Assembly: GCA_963769025.1 (NCBI GenBank)
Contig: CAVYKI010000012.1
Coordinates: 64,001 to 128,000, forward strand
Source of the DNA: an uncultured Verrucomicrobiae bacterium
Lineage (GTDB): Bacteria; Verrucomicrobiota; Verrucomicrobiia; Chthoniobacterales; Chthoniobacteraceae
DNA: 64,000 bases
Reading direction: 5' to 3'
Under the pieces are notes generated by a model that saw nothing but the letters and a program-made list of their open reading frames with translations, ran no database searches and was not told the origin of the DNA. Shown one piece after another: positions 19,917 to 29,744 of the stretch. Numbering within the stretch: the stretch's first letter is position 1; each line of letters opens with the position of its first letter. Made by a program: the position numbers and the translations under genes.

Positions 19917-20801
19917 CTACTTGGTCACCACCACCGGCAGGTCGTCCCCGGAGGCCGGACGGTTCGTCTTTTCCGCCTTGGCGAGCCGGGTCTGCTTGCG
20001 GCGCGCGTCGATCACAAAGGTGTTGTTTTCACCGTACCGCGACCACGGACCCGGCGGGATGTCGGAGTATTCGACGAATTTCCAATCCACGACATCCGTG
20101 CCAGCCATGCCGAGGTGGTCGCGCACCGCAGGCGACACATCCAGCCCCGCGCCGCGGTTCAGGTTCCATTGGGGACGCTCATTCCCAAAGACATACTGCC
20201 AGTGGTCCGTGCGGAACGGCCCGCAGTCCGACCATTGCGCGTAGCAGACGCGGGTGCCCTTGCGGATCATGATCCAGCGGTCGCGGCAGACGGATCGGCC
20301 CTCCTGCTCAAAGATGGCGTTGAACCAAGGGATGACCTTGCGTGCCTCGGGCTTGTGGCGCCCCTGGCTGACGTCGTTATACGGCAGCGCGAAGTAGAAT
20401 GGGTTCCCCTGCGGGATGAATGCAGCCGGAATGGTGCCGCCGCCGGGCAATTGCCGGCGCGCAGCGGGGGCCGGGTTGTCGAATCCGCCAAATGTGTTGT
20501 GCCAGTACAGATCCCACGAGCTGGAAAAATTATGCACCGGGTTGTTCACCGTCGCGTGCTCGCCCACCCAGAAGGTCGTCGTGACGATGTTCAGCTTCCA
20601 CGGGTAAAGGCCGCGGACGCCGTCCTTATTGGACTCCGTGGGCACGATCACCTGCGGTTCCAGCCGGAGGATGGATTCCTCACGCAACTTCATCGCGTAC
20701 CGGGCGAAGTCCGTGCTGCTCTGGTAAGGGGTTTGAGCGGTCGCCCATCCCGTCATGGCCAGAAGCCATGCGAATGTGACGAAAGCCTTGGTGATAATCA
20801 T
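19917..20801 (-). CDS. Secreted hypothetical protein, possible RlpA-like double-psi beta-barrel at the C-terminus
   Basis: Signal peptide; NPFYFALPY, YAQWSDCGPF, GLDVSPAVRDHLG. Confidence 0.7.
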   Translation of the reverse strand: MIITKAFVTFAWLLAMTGWATAQTPYQSSTDFARYAMKLREESILRLEPQVIVPTESNKDGVRGLYPWKLNIVTTTFWVGEHATVNNPVHNFSSSWDLYWHNTFGGFDNPAPAARRQLPGGGTIPAAFIPQGNPFYFALPYNDVSQGRHKPEARKVIPWFNAIFEQEGRSVCRDRWIMIRKGTRVCYAQWSDCGPFRTDHWQYVFGNERPQWNLNRGAGLDVSPAVRDHLGMAGTDVVDWKFVEYSDIPPGPWSRYGENNTFVIDARRKQTRLAKAEKTNRPASGDDLPVVVTK

Positions 20802-21025
20802 TTGGGGAATGCGCCAACCTAGGAATGAAGCGGGCAGGCGCAAGCTGGAATTTCCCAGCGTGGTGCAGAACGGGCGTGACATGGGCTGATATCTCCAGAG
20901 AGACAAAGCAGCGATGATGCCTGAAAAGCGTCACGCGCGTGTTAATCGAATCGACCTCTAATTTTCGCGGCGACTCCCGGCTTTGAACATTCGCCCGTTC
21001 GCCGCGTCGAACTGCCAGCCAAACC

Positions 21026-22192
21026 ATGCATCATCGCTCCCATTTCGGCCCGACGCCCGCTGCGTTCGACTGGCAACCCCGCACACGGATCGTCTTCGGC
21101 CCGGGATCTCTGGGAAAAGTCGGCACACTGGCTGCCGAAATCGGCGCGAAGCGTGCGCTGATCGTCACGGACAAGGGCATCGCCGCCGCCGGACACGCCG
21201 AGCACGCCCGCGCCGCGATGGTGGCCGCCGGGGTGGAAGTCACGGTTTTTGACGCCGTCCACGAAAACCCCACGACCAGCGACGTCCGGCGCTGCATGGA
21301 GGCCGCGGCCGCGGCGAACGTGGACCTTTTTATCGGCCTCGGCGGTGGCAGCAGCATCGACACGGCAAAGGGGTGCAACCTCCTGCTGACCAATGGCGGC
21401 GAGATGAAGGACTATTGGGGCGTCGGCAAGGCGACCAAGCCGCTCCTCCCGCTCATCGCCATCCCCACGACCGCCGGGACGGGCAGCGAATGCCAGTCCG
21501 CCGCGCTCATCATGGACGAGGTCACCCATCACAAGATGGCCTGCCTGGACCCGAAAATCTCCGCGCGCGTGGCCATCCTCGACCCGGAACTCACGCTCAG
21601 CCAGCCGGCACGCGTGACCGCTTGCACGGGCATGGACGCGATTTCGCACGCCGTCGAGACCGCCGTCACCCGCAAGCGCACCGCGATGAGCGCCATTTTC
21701 TCCCGCGAGGCGTTCCGGCTGTGCTACGAGTCGTTCTCCCGCATCCTCGCCAATCCTTCGGACCTCGCCGCCCGCAGCCAGATGCAGCTTGGCGCGGCGC
21801 ACGGGGGGACGGCCATCGAGTGCTCGATGCTCGGCGCGGCGCACAGCGCGGCAAATCCGCTCACCTCGCGGCACGGCGTCGTCCACGGCCAAGCCGTGGG
21901 GCTCCTCCTGCCGTCCATCGTGCGTTTCAACGCCTCCGAACCCGCCGCCGCCGCGGGCTACATGGAGCTCTGCCACGCCGCCGGCCTGCCGGACATCGAG
22001 TCGCTCGCCCAGGCGCTCGAGGAAACGCTGCGCCTCGCCGGCCTCGCCGCGCCGCTCGCCAGTTTCGGGATCAAACGGGAATCCATCCCCACCCTCGCGC
22101 TCGAAGCCTCCCGCCAGTGGACCGCCACCTTCAACCCGCGCGCCATCACCCCCGCGGACTTCGCGAAAATCTACGAGGCGCTGCTGGGGTGA
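21026..22192 (+). CDS. Iron-containing alcohol dehydrogenase
   Basis: GLGGGSSIDTAK, IPTTAGTGSE, DAISHAVE, AAHSAANP...VHG. Confidence 0.95.
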   Translation: MHHRSHFGPTPAAFDWQPRTRIVFGPGSLGKVGTLAAEIGAKRALIVTDKGIAAAGHAEHARAAMVAAGVEVTVFDAVHENPTTSDVRRCMEAAAAANVDLFIGLGGGSSIDTAKGCNLLLTNGGEMKDYWGVGKATKPLLPLIAIPTTAGTGSECQSAALIMDEVTHHKMACLDPKISARVAILDPELTLSQPARVTACTGMDAISHAVETAVTRKRTAMSAIFSREAFRLCYESFSRILANPSDLAARSQMQLGAAHGGTAIECSMLGAAHSAANPLTSRHGVVHGQAVGLLLPSIVRFNASEPAAAAGYMELCHAAGLPDIESLAQALEETLRLAGLAAPLASFGIKRESIPTLALEASRQWTATFNPRAITPADFAKIYEALLG

Positions 22193-22201
22193 TTCACGCG
22201 C

Positions 22202-22230
22202 TTGCCGCGGACCAAACGGCGGATTAACTT
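22202..22230 (+). promoter_or_regulatory. Candidate sigma70 promoter giving a leaderless transcript of the TA operon
   Basis: TTGCCG (22202-07), 17 nt, TAACTT (22225-30), 6 nt, ATG 22237; no SD sequence. Confidence 0.5.
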
Positions 22231-22236
22231 CGCGCC

Positions 22237-22461
22237 ATGCTCAAGGAGGCCATCCCACGTTTCGCCGAACTCAGTTCATCCGAGAAACTCCTGCTGCTGG
22301 AGGAGCTTTGGGACGACCTGGCTGACCATCCTTCGGAGGTTCCCGTGCCGGACTGGCAGAAGCGCGAGTTGGAAAAGCGCTACGAGGAATATCTCCGCAA
22401 TCCCGCAGAGGGATCGCCGTGGCCCGAGGTGCGGGAGCGTCTTCTGCGGAATTTTCAATGA
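22237..22461 (+). CDS. Addiction-module antitoxin (unstable antitoxin type)
   Basis: LSSSEKLLLLEELWDDL...WQKRELEKR...SPWPEVRERL; ATGA overlap with toxin. Confidence 0.9.
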   Translation: MLKEAIPRFAELSSSEKLLLLEELWDDLADHPSEVPVPDWQKRELEKRYEEYLRNPAEGSPWPEVRERLLRNFQ

Positions 22462-22781
22462 GCCATGCGCTCATCATTCGCCGCCGCGCGGAGCACGACA
22501 TGGCGGAAGCGGGCCTTTGGTATGAATGCCGCCGCATTGGGACGGGGCTCCATTTCATCCGGTGTGTGGATGCCGCGATTGCGCTCATCACCCGCCATCC
22601 CGAAACCGGGCCGGTGCAGTTTGGGAAATTTCGCCGAGCCCTCGTCTCCCGGTTTCCCTTTGGCGTTTTCTACACGATCGAATCGGACACCGTGATCGTT
22701 CATGCCGTTTTTCACTCCTCGCGTGATCCAAACAAGATTCGCAAATTGCTGGAGTCCGAGAGCGATGAACCAACAGTATGA
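22458..22781 (+). CDS. RelE/ParE-family type II toxin
   Basis: AEHDMAEAGLWYE, RRALVSRFPFGVFY, VIVHAVFHSSRDP. Confidence 0.9.
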   Translation: MSHALIIRRRAEHDMAEAGLWYECRRIGTGLHFIRCVDAAIALITRHPETGPVQFGKFRRALVSRFPFGVFYTIESDTVIVHAVFHSSRDPNKIRKLLESESDEPTV

Positions 22782-22899
22782 AGTCGCTGCGACAGCAAAG
22801 CGCGCAGTTCAACTCGCGCTCGATCATGCTGACGGATTTCGCGTGGATCTTTGAATCCATGTCTGGTGTTTTTTCCGAACCCTGTAGGAAATTCCCACA

Positions 22900-23679
22900 A
22901 TGAGCTTCTCGTCTACAACTCGCGCGCGTCTTGGCCACTACGTCTATGCGCTCGTGGATCCGGCCTCGAACGTGATCTTCTATGTTGGCAAGGCGAGCGG
23001 CAACAACCGCGCTTTCAATCACCTCGCCGCGAAACAAGACGAAAGGGAGAAGCAGCAGCGAATTCGCAAAATCCGTGCTGTCGGCTGCGAGCCATCCGTC
23101 GAAATTCTTCGCTACGGCCTCACCTCTGCGGAAGCGGCACACGACGTTGAAGCGGCTATAATTGATTCGCTCGGCGTTGAAAACCTCACAAATGAAGTTC
23201 GCGGACACGGTGTTGCTCGCGGTCGTCTCACAGCAAAAGAGGCGGAGCGCTTGCATGGCTCAAAGCCAGTGGAGATCAACACGATCCGCGAACCATCCAT
23301 TCTCTTTTTCCTCAATCAAACCTACTCTCCCACGCTGAGCGAACAGGATCTCTACGACTGCGCTCGTCAGTTCTGGGGTGTTGGAACGGAATCCCGCGAC
23401 CCCACTGCCTACGGCCTGCCTTACAAGGTGGCGCTCGCGATCGCAGACAGCGTGGTCGTTGGTGCCTATTCGATTGCTGCCTGGTTCCCGGCAGGAACAA
23501 CGTTGTCCACGAGGAAGTATGAACGGGGGCAGCGCAAAAAGTGGGAGTTTGTAGGAAACGTTCTGCCAAAACATAAGTTGGTGGGTCGGCGGTTAACCGA
23601 TGGCGGCAAACCTCTGCCTGCCAGCCAACGTGGCTTTGGTTACATTCCGCCGAAATCCACCACATTAGCGCAGCGATGA
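22900..23679 (+). CDS. GIY-YIG nuclease of the LEM-3/ANKLE1-like type with extra C-terminal domain
   Basis: YVYALVDP...FYVGK...NRAFNH...VEAAIIDSLG...LTNEVRGH; visibly lower GC. Confidence 0.8.
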   Translation: MSFSSTTRARLGHYVYALVDPASNVIFYVGKASGNNRAFNHLAAKQDEREKQQRIRKIRAVGCEPSVEILRYGLTSAEAAHDVEAAIIDSLGVENLTNEVRGHGVARGRLTAKEAERLHGSKPVEINTIREPSILFFLNQTYSPTLSEQDLYDCARQFWGVGTESRDPTAYGLPYKVALAIADSVVVGAYSIAAWFPAGTTLSTRKYERGQRKKWEFVGNVLPKHKLVGRRLTDGGKPLPASQRGFGYIPPKSTTLAQR

Positions 23680-24827
23680 ATTTCAATATGACCTCAAATT
23701 TTCACCGCTCTCTTCGACTAAGCATCTTCCTCACTTTCTTCGCCGTCCTCGCGATTTCGCAAAGCCTCGCCGCCGACTGGCCGATGCACCGGGGCGGGCC
23801 TTTGCTGCAGGGGCGGGCGGATGAGGCGGCTCCGGCGCAGGCGGCCCTGCGGTGGACTTTCAAGGCGGGCGCTCCGGTGAAGGGAGGCGCGGCCATCGTC
23901 GGCGGGCGCGTTTATTTTGGCGATGACGGCGGCGCGGTGCACTGCGTCGGGCTCGCGGATGGGAAGGAGGTCTGGACCTTCAAGACCGAGGGCGGCATCG
24001 AGGCCACGCCGCTGCTGCTCGACGGGCTGTGCTACATCGGCGCGTCGGACGGATTCCTGTACGCTCTCGACGCCGCGACGGGCGCGCTGAAATGGAAGCA
24101 TGAGACCCAGGACAAAATCCTGGGCGGCGCGAACTGGACCAAGGCGCCGGATTCGGACGCCAAGTGGGTGCTCGTGGGCAGCTACGATTTTGCGATGTAT
24201 TGCCTCGATGCGAAGACCGGGAAGGTCGTGTGGAAGCTCGAGACCGAGAATTTCATCAACGGCACGCCGACCATCACCGCCAAGGGCGAGACGGTCTTTG
24301 GCGGGTGCGATGCGCTCCTGCACGTCGTGTCGGTGAAGGACGGCAAGGAGGCGCGCCAGATCGAGGCCGAGGCCTACATCCCAGGCAGCGCGGCGGCGGA
24401 TGGGTCGATGGTCTATTTCGGCAACCACGCCAATTTCGTCTTCGCGTTTGACATCGCGACCGGGAAGAACCTGTGGAAATACCGCGAGCGCAGCTTCCCG
24501 TATTTCTCCTCGCCGGCGATCAACGACGACGTCGTGCTCATCGGCGGACGCGACAAACGGCTGCACTGCATCGACCGCAAGACCGGCGACGGTCGCTGGG
24601 TTTTCGCCACGCGTGGAGAAGTGGACAGCTCGCCGGTGCTCTGCAAGGACGGCGGCATCATCTTCGGCAGCGGCGACGGGCGGCTCTACTGCGTCAATCT
24701 GGCCGACGGCAAGGAACGCTGGGCCTACGAAATCGGCTCGCCCATCACCGCCAGCCCGGCGGTGGCGGACGGCGCGATCGTCATCGGGGCGGAAGATGGC
24801 AATGTTTACTGCATCGGGGGAAAGTAG
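23676..24827 (+). CDS. PQQ-binding-like beta-propeller protein
   Basis: Signal peptide, DWPMHRGG, repeated LDAxTGxxxW and SSP blades; start may be 23688. Confidence 0.9.
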   Translation: MNFNMTSNFHRSLRLSIFLTFFAVLAISQSLAADWPMHRGGPLLQGRADEAAPAQAALRWTFKAGAPVKGGAAIVGGRVYFGDDGGAVHCVGLADGKEVWTFKTEGGIEATPLLLDGLCYIGASDGFLYALDAATGALKWKHETQDKILGGANWTKAPDSDAKWVLVGSYDFAMYCLDAKTGKVVWKLETENFINGTPTITAKGETVFGGCDALLHVVSVKDGKEARQIEAEAYIPGSAAADGSMVYFGNHANFVFAFDIATGKNLWKYRERSFPYFSSPAINDDVVLIGGRDKRLHCIDRKTGDGRWVFATRGEVDSSPVLCKDGGIIFGSGDGRLYCVNLADGKERWAYEIGSPITASPAVADGAIVIGAEDGNVYCIGGK

Positions 24828-25065
24828 GGCGGGCGGAAGGGTTGCGGCGCGAACCCATTCCCAAACTTGCTCCATTTCCGGACGCACAGACTCAACCCGG
24901 ATTACGATTCAGAGCTGGACGCGGAAAATGCGCCGAATCGAGATGCGGCACCGGACGGCTGCTTCACCGCGCCAATCCGGCCCACTTTTCACGGCAGCCT
25001 AAATACAGAATCCCTTGCAGCCCCGCCTTGCGCGGGGACGTTTCCACCGTTACATCCGCCCCCCC

Positions 25066-26508
25066 GTGCAACCCACCATCCTCATCGTCGACGACGAAAA
25101 GCATACCCGCGAAGGGCTGCGCGCGTCGTTGGAGGATTCGTTCGATGTGTATATCGCGCCGGACACGGCGGGCGCGCTCGCGGTGCTGGAATCCGAGCAT
25201 GTGGACCTCATGCTCACCGACCTCCGGCTGGGCGGCGAGGACGGCATGGTGCTCATCGAAAAGGCGCTCGCCCGGCCGCATCCGCCGATCGTCATCATGA
25301 TGACCGCCTACGGCGGAGTGGACACGGCGGTCGAGGCGATGAAGCGCGGCGCGTATGATTTCGTCACCAAGCCGCTGAACATCGACCGGCTGGAAATCCT
25401 CATCCGGCGTGCCCTGCGTTCGAAGCACGTGGAGAAGGAAGTCGTCGAGCTGAAGCAGAAGGTGGAGACGAAATACGGGCTCGAAAAACTCATCGGCCAC
25501 GCCCCCGCGATGGAGGAGATTTTCGAGACCGTCCGGCAGGTCGCGCCGAGCCGGGCGGCCGTGCTCATCACCGGCGAGAGCGGCACGGGGAAGGAACTCA
25601 TCGCGCAATCCATCCATGCGCTCAGCGGGCGGCCGAAGGAAAAATTCGTACCCGTTCACATGGCCGCATTTTCGGCGCAGCTCCTCGAGAGCGAGCTGTT
25701 CGGCCATGAGAAGGGCGCATTCACCGGCGCGAGCGAGCGGCGCATCGGGCGGTTCGAGCAGGCGAACGGAGGGACGCTCTTCCTCGATGAAATCGGAGAG
25801 ATCGACAAGAACACGCAGGTGAAGCTGCTGCGCGTCCTCGGCGAGGAGCGCAGCTTCGAGCGCGTCGGCGGCAACACGCCCATCAAGGTCGACGTCCGAC
25901 TCATCGCCGCGACGAATCGCGAACTCGAAAAGATGGTCGGGGCCGGGGAATTTCGCGACGACCTCTATTTTCGCCTCAGCGTCATCCGCATCCACATGCC
26001 GCCGCTGCGCGAACGCACGGAGGACATCCCGCTCATCGCGCATCATTTCCTGCGCGTCGCCGCGGAGGAAAACGGCAAGCCCGTCCGCGAGATGACCTCC
26101 GACGCGATGCAACTGCTCGAGCGCTACCCGTGGCCGGGCAACATTCGCGAGCTGCGCGCCGCCATCGAGCGCGCCGTCGTGATGGCCGGCGGGGCGAAAA
26201 TCACCATCCGCGATCTCCCGCAGACGGTCCGCGAGGGCGCCTCAGCGATCCCATCGACCATCGCCGGCCTGAAGCTGCCGGCCCTTTCAAAATCCGGCCA
26301 TCACCTGAACCTCCAAGAGACCGAGCAGCGGATGATTCTTCGCGCGCTGGACGAATCCGGCGGCAACGTCACCAAGGCCGCCCGCGCACTCGGCATCAGC
26401 CGGCGCACCCTGCACCGGCGGCTGAGGGAACTCCGCGACTCGGAAACCGCGGAACACGCAATCCCCGGCGGCGATCCTGCCGCACTGAAATCCCAAGATG
26501 GCGTCTGA
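25066..26508 (+). CDS. Sigma54-dependent NtrC-family response regulator
   Basis: ILIVDDE, GESGTGKE, GHEKGAFTGA, FLDEIGE, WPGNIREL, Fis-type HTH. Confidence 0.95.
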   Translation: MQPTILIVDDEKHTREGLRASLEDSFDVYIAPDTAGALAVLESEHVDLMLTDLRLGGEDGMVLIEKALARPHPPIVIMMTAYGGVDTAVEAMKRGAYDFVTKPLNIDRLEILIRRALRSKHVEKEVVELKQKVETKYGLEKLIGHAPAMEEIFETVRQVAPSRAAVLITGESGTGKELIAQSIHALSGRPKEKFVPVHMAAFSAQLLESELFGHEKGAFTGASERRIGRFEQANGGTLFLDEIGEIDKNTQVKLLRVLGEERSFERVGGNTPIKVDVRLIAATNRELEKMVGAGEFRDDLYFRLSVIRIHMPPLRERTEDIPLIAHHFLRVAAEENGKPVREMTSDAMQLLERYPWPGNIRELRAAIERAVVMAGGAKITIRDLPQTVREGASAIPSTIAGLKLPALSKSGHHLNLQETEQRMILRALDESGGNVTKAARALGISRRTLHRRLRELRDSETAEHAIPGGDPAALKSQDGV

Positions 26509-28372
26509 AGTCAAAGCGCAAGAGCTGGTCCATTCCCTCGAGCACGGGCGCGGGCGCCGCTGGCTCGTGCTGCTGCTCATCATCGCGTTTGCGCTGTTCC
26601 AGGCCGTCGCGCACATCCTGATCAACCCGATGAACCGCGGCGGCGGGCAGGCGGCGATTTTTGTAGGCCTCACGCACCCGAAGGGCATGGAGCAGGCCGT
26701 CATTTCCCGTGAACTCGCGCGCGGCCACGGCTTTTCCACGAAGGTGATCAAACCGGCGGCCATCGCCCTCACGGAAAAAAACAAGGGGGCCGACGGCTTC
26801 TCGTCCCTCCTCGATCCGAACGGTCCGACCGGCGGCAACATCCCGGACATCTACCACGCGCCGCTGAATCCGTGGATCAACTCGTGCGCGCTCTTCACCG
26901 CCGCCCGGATCAGCGACGCACTCTCGCTGCGCGTGGATGAAAAGGGACGGAACGATTTCTGGACGCTGCAGAAAGGCGAATACATCCATCCCGCCGACCG
27001 CATCATCGCGGGGGTCAGCGTGCTGTTCTTCCTCGTGGCGGTGTGGGTGAGCTTCCTCACCGCACGGATGCTTTTCGATGAGCGCCTCGCGACGATCACG
27101 GCCGTGCTGATGCTCGTGTGCAATGAATTCTGGCGGTTCAGCTCATCCGGCCTGCCGCAGATGCTCATGCTGATGCTTTTTAGCGTCGCCATTTATTTAT
27201 CGGCCCGCGGCCTCGCGGCGCGGGAAATCGGCGACCGCACGTGGCCCTGGCACGCGGCTGCCGGGCTCGCCTTTGGCCTGCTCGCGCTCGCGCATCCGCT
27301 CACGGCTTTCATCTTCGTCGGCGCGCTCATTTACACCGCCGTCGCTTTTTCCCCGAGAGGCCGCGACGCCCTCGTGATGCTGCTCGTCTTTCTCACATGC
27401 CTGAGCCCCTGGCTCGTCCGCAACGCCCGCGTGTGCGGCTCCCCGTTTGGCATCGCGGGACAGACGCGCCTCGTCGGGCCCCGCGGCACCGAATCGCAAA
27501 TCATGCGGACCCTCGACAAACCGGACGACACGGTCCCGGCGTATTTTTTCCGCAGCAAGCTGCAATCCCAGTTGCTCGGCCAGATCGGATCCCTCGTCGG
27601 CCGGCTCGGCAAGGTCGTCGTGGCGCCCCTTTTCTTCCTCGCGCTCCTCCATGCGTTCCGGAAAACGGAGACCCGCAGCTTCCGGTGGGGCTTCCTGCTC
27701 ATGATCGGATCCGGCGCGATCGGAATGGCGTTCTTCGGTCTGGCGGATTCCTCGTTCCAGACCGACCTGGACTCGAACGATCTGTATCCCCTGTTCATCC
27801 CCCTCACCACGGCCTACGGCCTCGCGCTCCTGCTCATCATGTGGAGCCGCGTGCAGGTCGCGGGCCGCGATCTCGCGTCCATCCGCCAGATCAATGTCGC
27901 CTTTCACAGCCTCATCATCTTCGTCAGTTCCCTGTCGCTCGTTTACGTTTACACCGATCCGCCGAAGGTTCCCTTCGTCTGGCCCCCTTACTGCCCTCCC
28001 GCTCTCAGCGACCTCGACGACTGGTATTCCAAGGACGACATCATCTGCTCCGACATGCCGTGGGCCGTCGCCTGGTATTCGGACCGCAAAAGCCTCTGGC
28101 TCCCTCTGACCATCGCCGATTTCAACGACCTCAACGAATTCCGATTCGGCGGGAAAATCACCGGCCTCCTGGTCACCCCGATGACCGGATTCCGCGGTCT
28201 CCTCAATGACGTCGGCGTCGGCGAATTCCGCGACTGGCGCGCCTTCATCATGCGCGACCCGCGCGCCGCGACCAATTTCGCCCTCAAAGTTGCGCACCCG
28301 ATTTTCCTCATGGGTGCCTCGCACTACCTGCTCTTCGCCGACCGCGACCGCTGGACCGAGCGGAACAACTGA
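26498..28372 (+). CDS. Polytopic membrane protein, GT-C fold glycosyltransferase-like (ArnT/PMT family)
   Basis: About 11 TM segments; ISRELARGHGF, DIYHAPLNP, SPWLVRN, ICSDMPWAVAWY. Confidence 0.7.
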   Translation: MASEVKAQELVHSLEHGRGRRWLVLLLIIAFALFQAVAHILINPMNRGGGQAAIFVGLTHPKGMEQAVISRELARGHGFSTKVIKPAAIALTEKNKGADGFSSLLDPNGPTGGNIPDIYHAPLNPWINSCALFTAARISDALSLRVDEKGRNDFWTLQKGEYIHPADRIIAGVSVLFFLVAVWVSFLTARMLFDERLATITAVLMLVCNEFWRFSSSGLPQMLMLMLFSVAIYLSARGLAAREIGDRTWPWHAAAGLAFGLLALAHPLTAFIFVGALIYTAVAFSPRGRDALVMLLVFLTCLSPWLVRNARVCGSPFGIAGQTRLVGPRGTESQIMRTLDKPDDTVPAYFFRSKLQSQLLGQIGSLVGRLGKVVVAPLFFLALLHAFRKTETRSFRWGFLLMIGSGAIGMAFFGLADSSFQTDLDSNDLYPLFIPLTTAYGLALLLIMWSRVQVAGRDLASIRQINVAFHSLIIFVSSLSLVYVYTDPPKVPFVWPPYCPPALSDLDDWYSKDDIICSDMPWAVAWYSDRKSLWLPLTIADFNDLNEFRFGGKITGLLVTPMTGFRGLLNDVGVGEFRDWRAFIMRDPRAATNFALKVAHPIFLMGASHYLLFADRDRWTERNN

Positions 28373-28429
28373 GCGGAACCCGTTCGGCTCCGCGAATCCA
28401 TCCCTCGAAAGTGCGCGGCAAGCGTGTTG

Positions 28430-29729
28430 CTACGCGATCAGTTCCTTGATCACACCCGAGCTGTCCCCGTGGCGTTCAGCCTCGACGCCGATGCCGCGGA
28501 GCAAGGTGAGCCAGGCGTTGCAAAGCGGGGTGTCTTTCGACGCCACGATATTTTGGCCGAGCTTGATGCCCGCGCCGCCGCCGGTGAGGAGCGTGGGGCA
28601 GTTGTCGAGATTGTGCTCCGTGCGGATGTTGCTGCCGTAGGCGAGCGCGGTGTGGTCGAACAAACGCGAGCCGTCGGCTTCCTTGGTGGCCTTGAGTTTG
28701 TCGATGAGACCGGCGAGGAGTTCGCTCTGGGCGAGGTCGCGGCGCTGCGAGGCATCCAGCTTTTCACCGAGGGTGGAGTGGTAGTGGCTCATGTCGTGCG
28801 GCGCGACTTTGATGCCCATGCTCGTGAGCAGCGTGCTCACGGGCTGGCGATAGGTGAGCACGCGCGTGCTGTCCGTCTGAATGGCCGCGAGGATGATGTC
28901 ATACATGAGCGCGATCTCCTCGCGTCCGGCGAGGCCGGGCTGCGGCTCGGGCAGCGGCGCCTTGGGCTGCGGCACGCCGATCCATTGCTCGTCCTTGCTC
29001 AGGCGCGTCTCGATGTCGCGGATGCCTTGGAAATATTCGTCGAGCTTGGCGCTGTCGTTTTTGCCGAGGCCGCGTTGCAGCGTCGCGCGCATTTTCCAGC
29101 ACGGTGTCGAGCACGCTGCGCTTCTGCGCGAGCATGGCCTTCTGCTGCTCGATGGGTGTGGTGTCCTTGGAAAAAAGCCGATGAAAGGCTTCCACGCGGA
29201 CCCTTGTGTCCGCCGACCGGTTTGCCGCTGATGTCCCATGCCATCGAGAGTCCGGGACCGTGCCCGGACGACTCCGCATTTTCGCCGCCATTGAGCTGCA
29301 TGGAGGCAAAGCGCGTGTTCAGGCCGAGCTTCGCAGCCGCCACCTGATCGGCGGAGATGCTGTTGTGAAAGGTCTGTCCCGGTTCCGCAAAACGGTTCGC
29401 GCCGGTGAGCCACATCGTGCTGCCCCAATGCCCCTCGTTGGAATATTTGTTGCAGAGTCCCTGCACGATCGTGAAGTCCTTCCTGTGAGCCGCGAGCGGT
29501 GCGAGGCCGTCCGGCAGGGTGTAGTCGGCGCCGGGTTGTTTGATGTCCGGATACCAGCTCTCGGTGCGTGATGCCCCAGCCGAAGCCGAGGAAGATCAGC
29601 CGCTTCGGCGGCGTGACCGGAGCCGCAGCGGAGGCAAAGCGGCGGAAGCCGAGCGAAGCGAGCGCCGGCAGCGCGATGAGCGCGGTGCTGGAGCGGAGGA
29701 AGTGGCGGCGCGGTGAGTGAGGTGTTCAT
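28430..29729 (-). CDS. DUF1552-family protein with Tat signal, broken by about four frameshifts
   Basis: Reconstructed MNTSLT/RRHFLRSS...PPKRLIFLGFGWG...SISADQVAA...AFHRLF...LDEYFQGIRDIE...QTDSTRV...HNLDNCP. Confidence 0.8.
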
Positions 29730-29744
29730 GGCTTGTCATGCGGA

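Noticed and set aside
22765..22854. 29-codon ORF MNQQYEVAATAKRAVQLALDHADGFRVDL between the toxin and the nuclease
   Set aside because: Too short, overlaps the toxin end, and has no supporting motif
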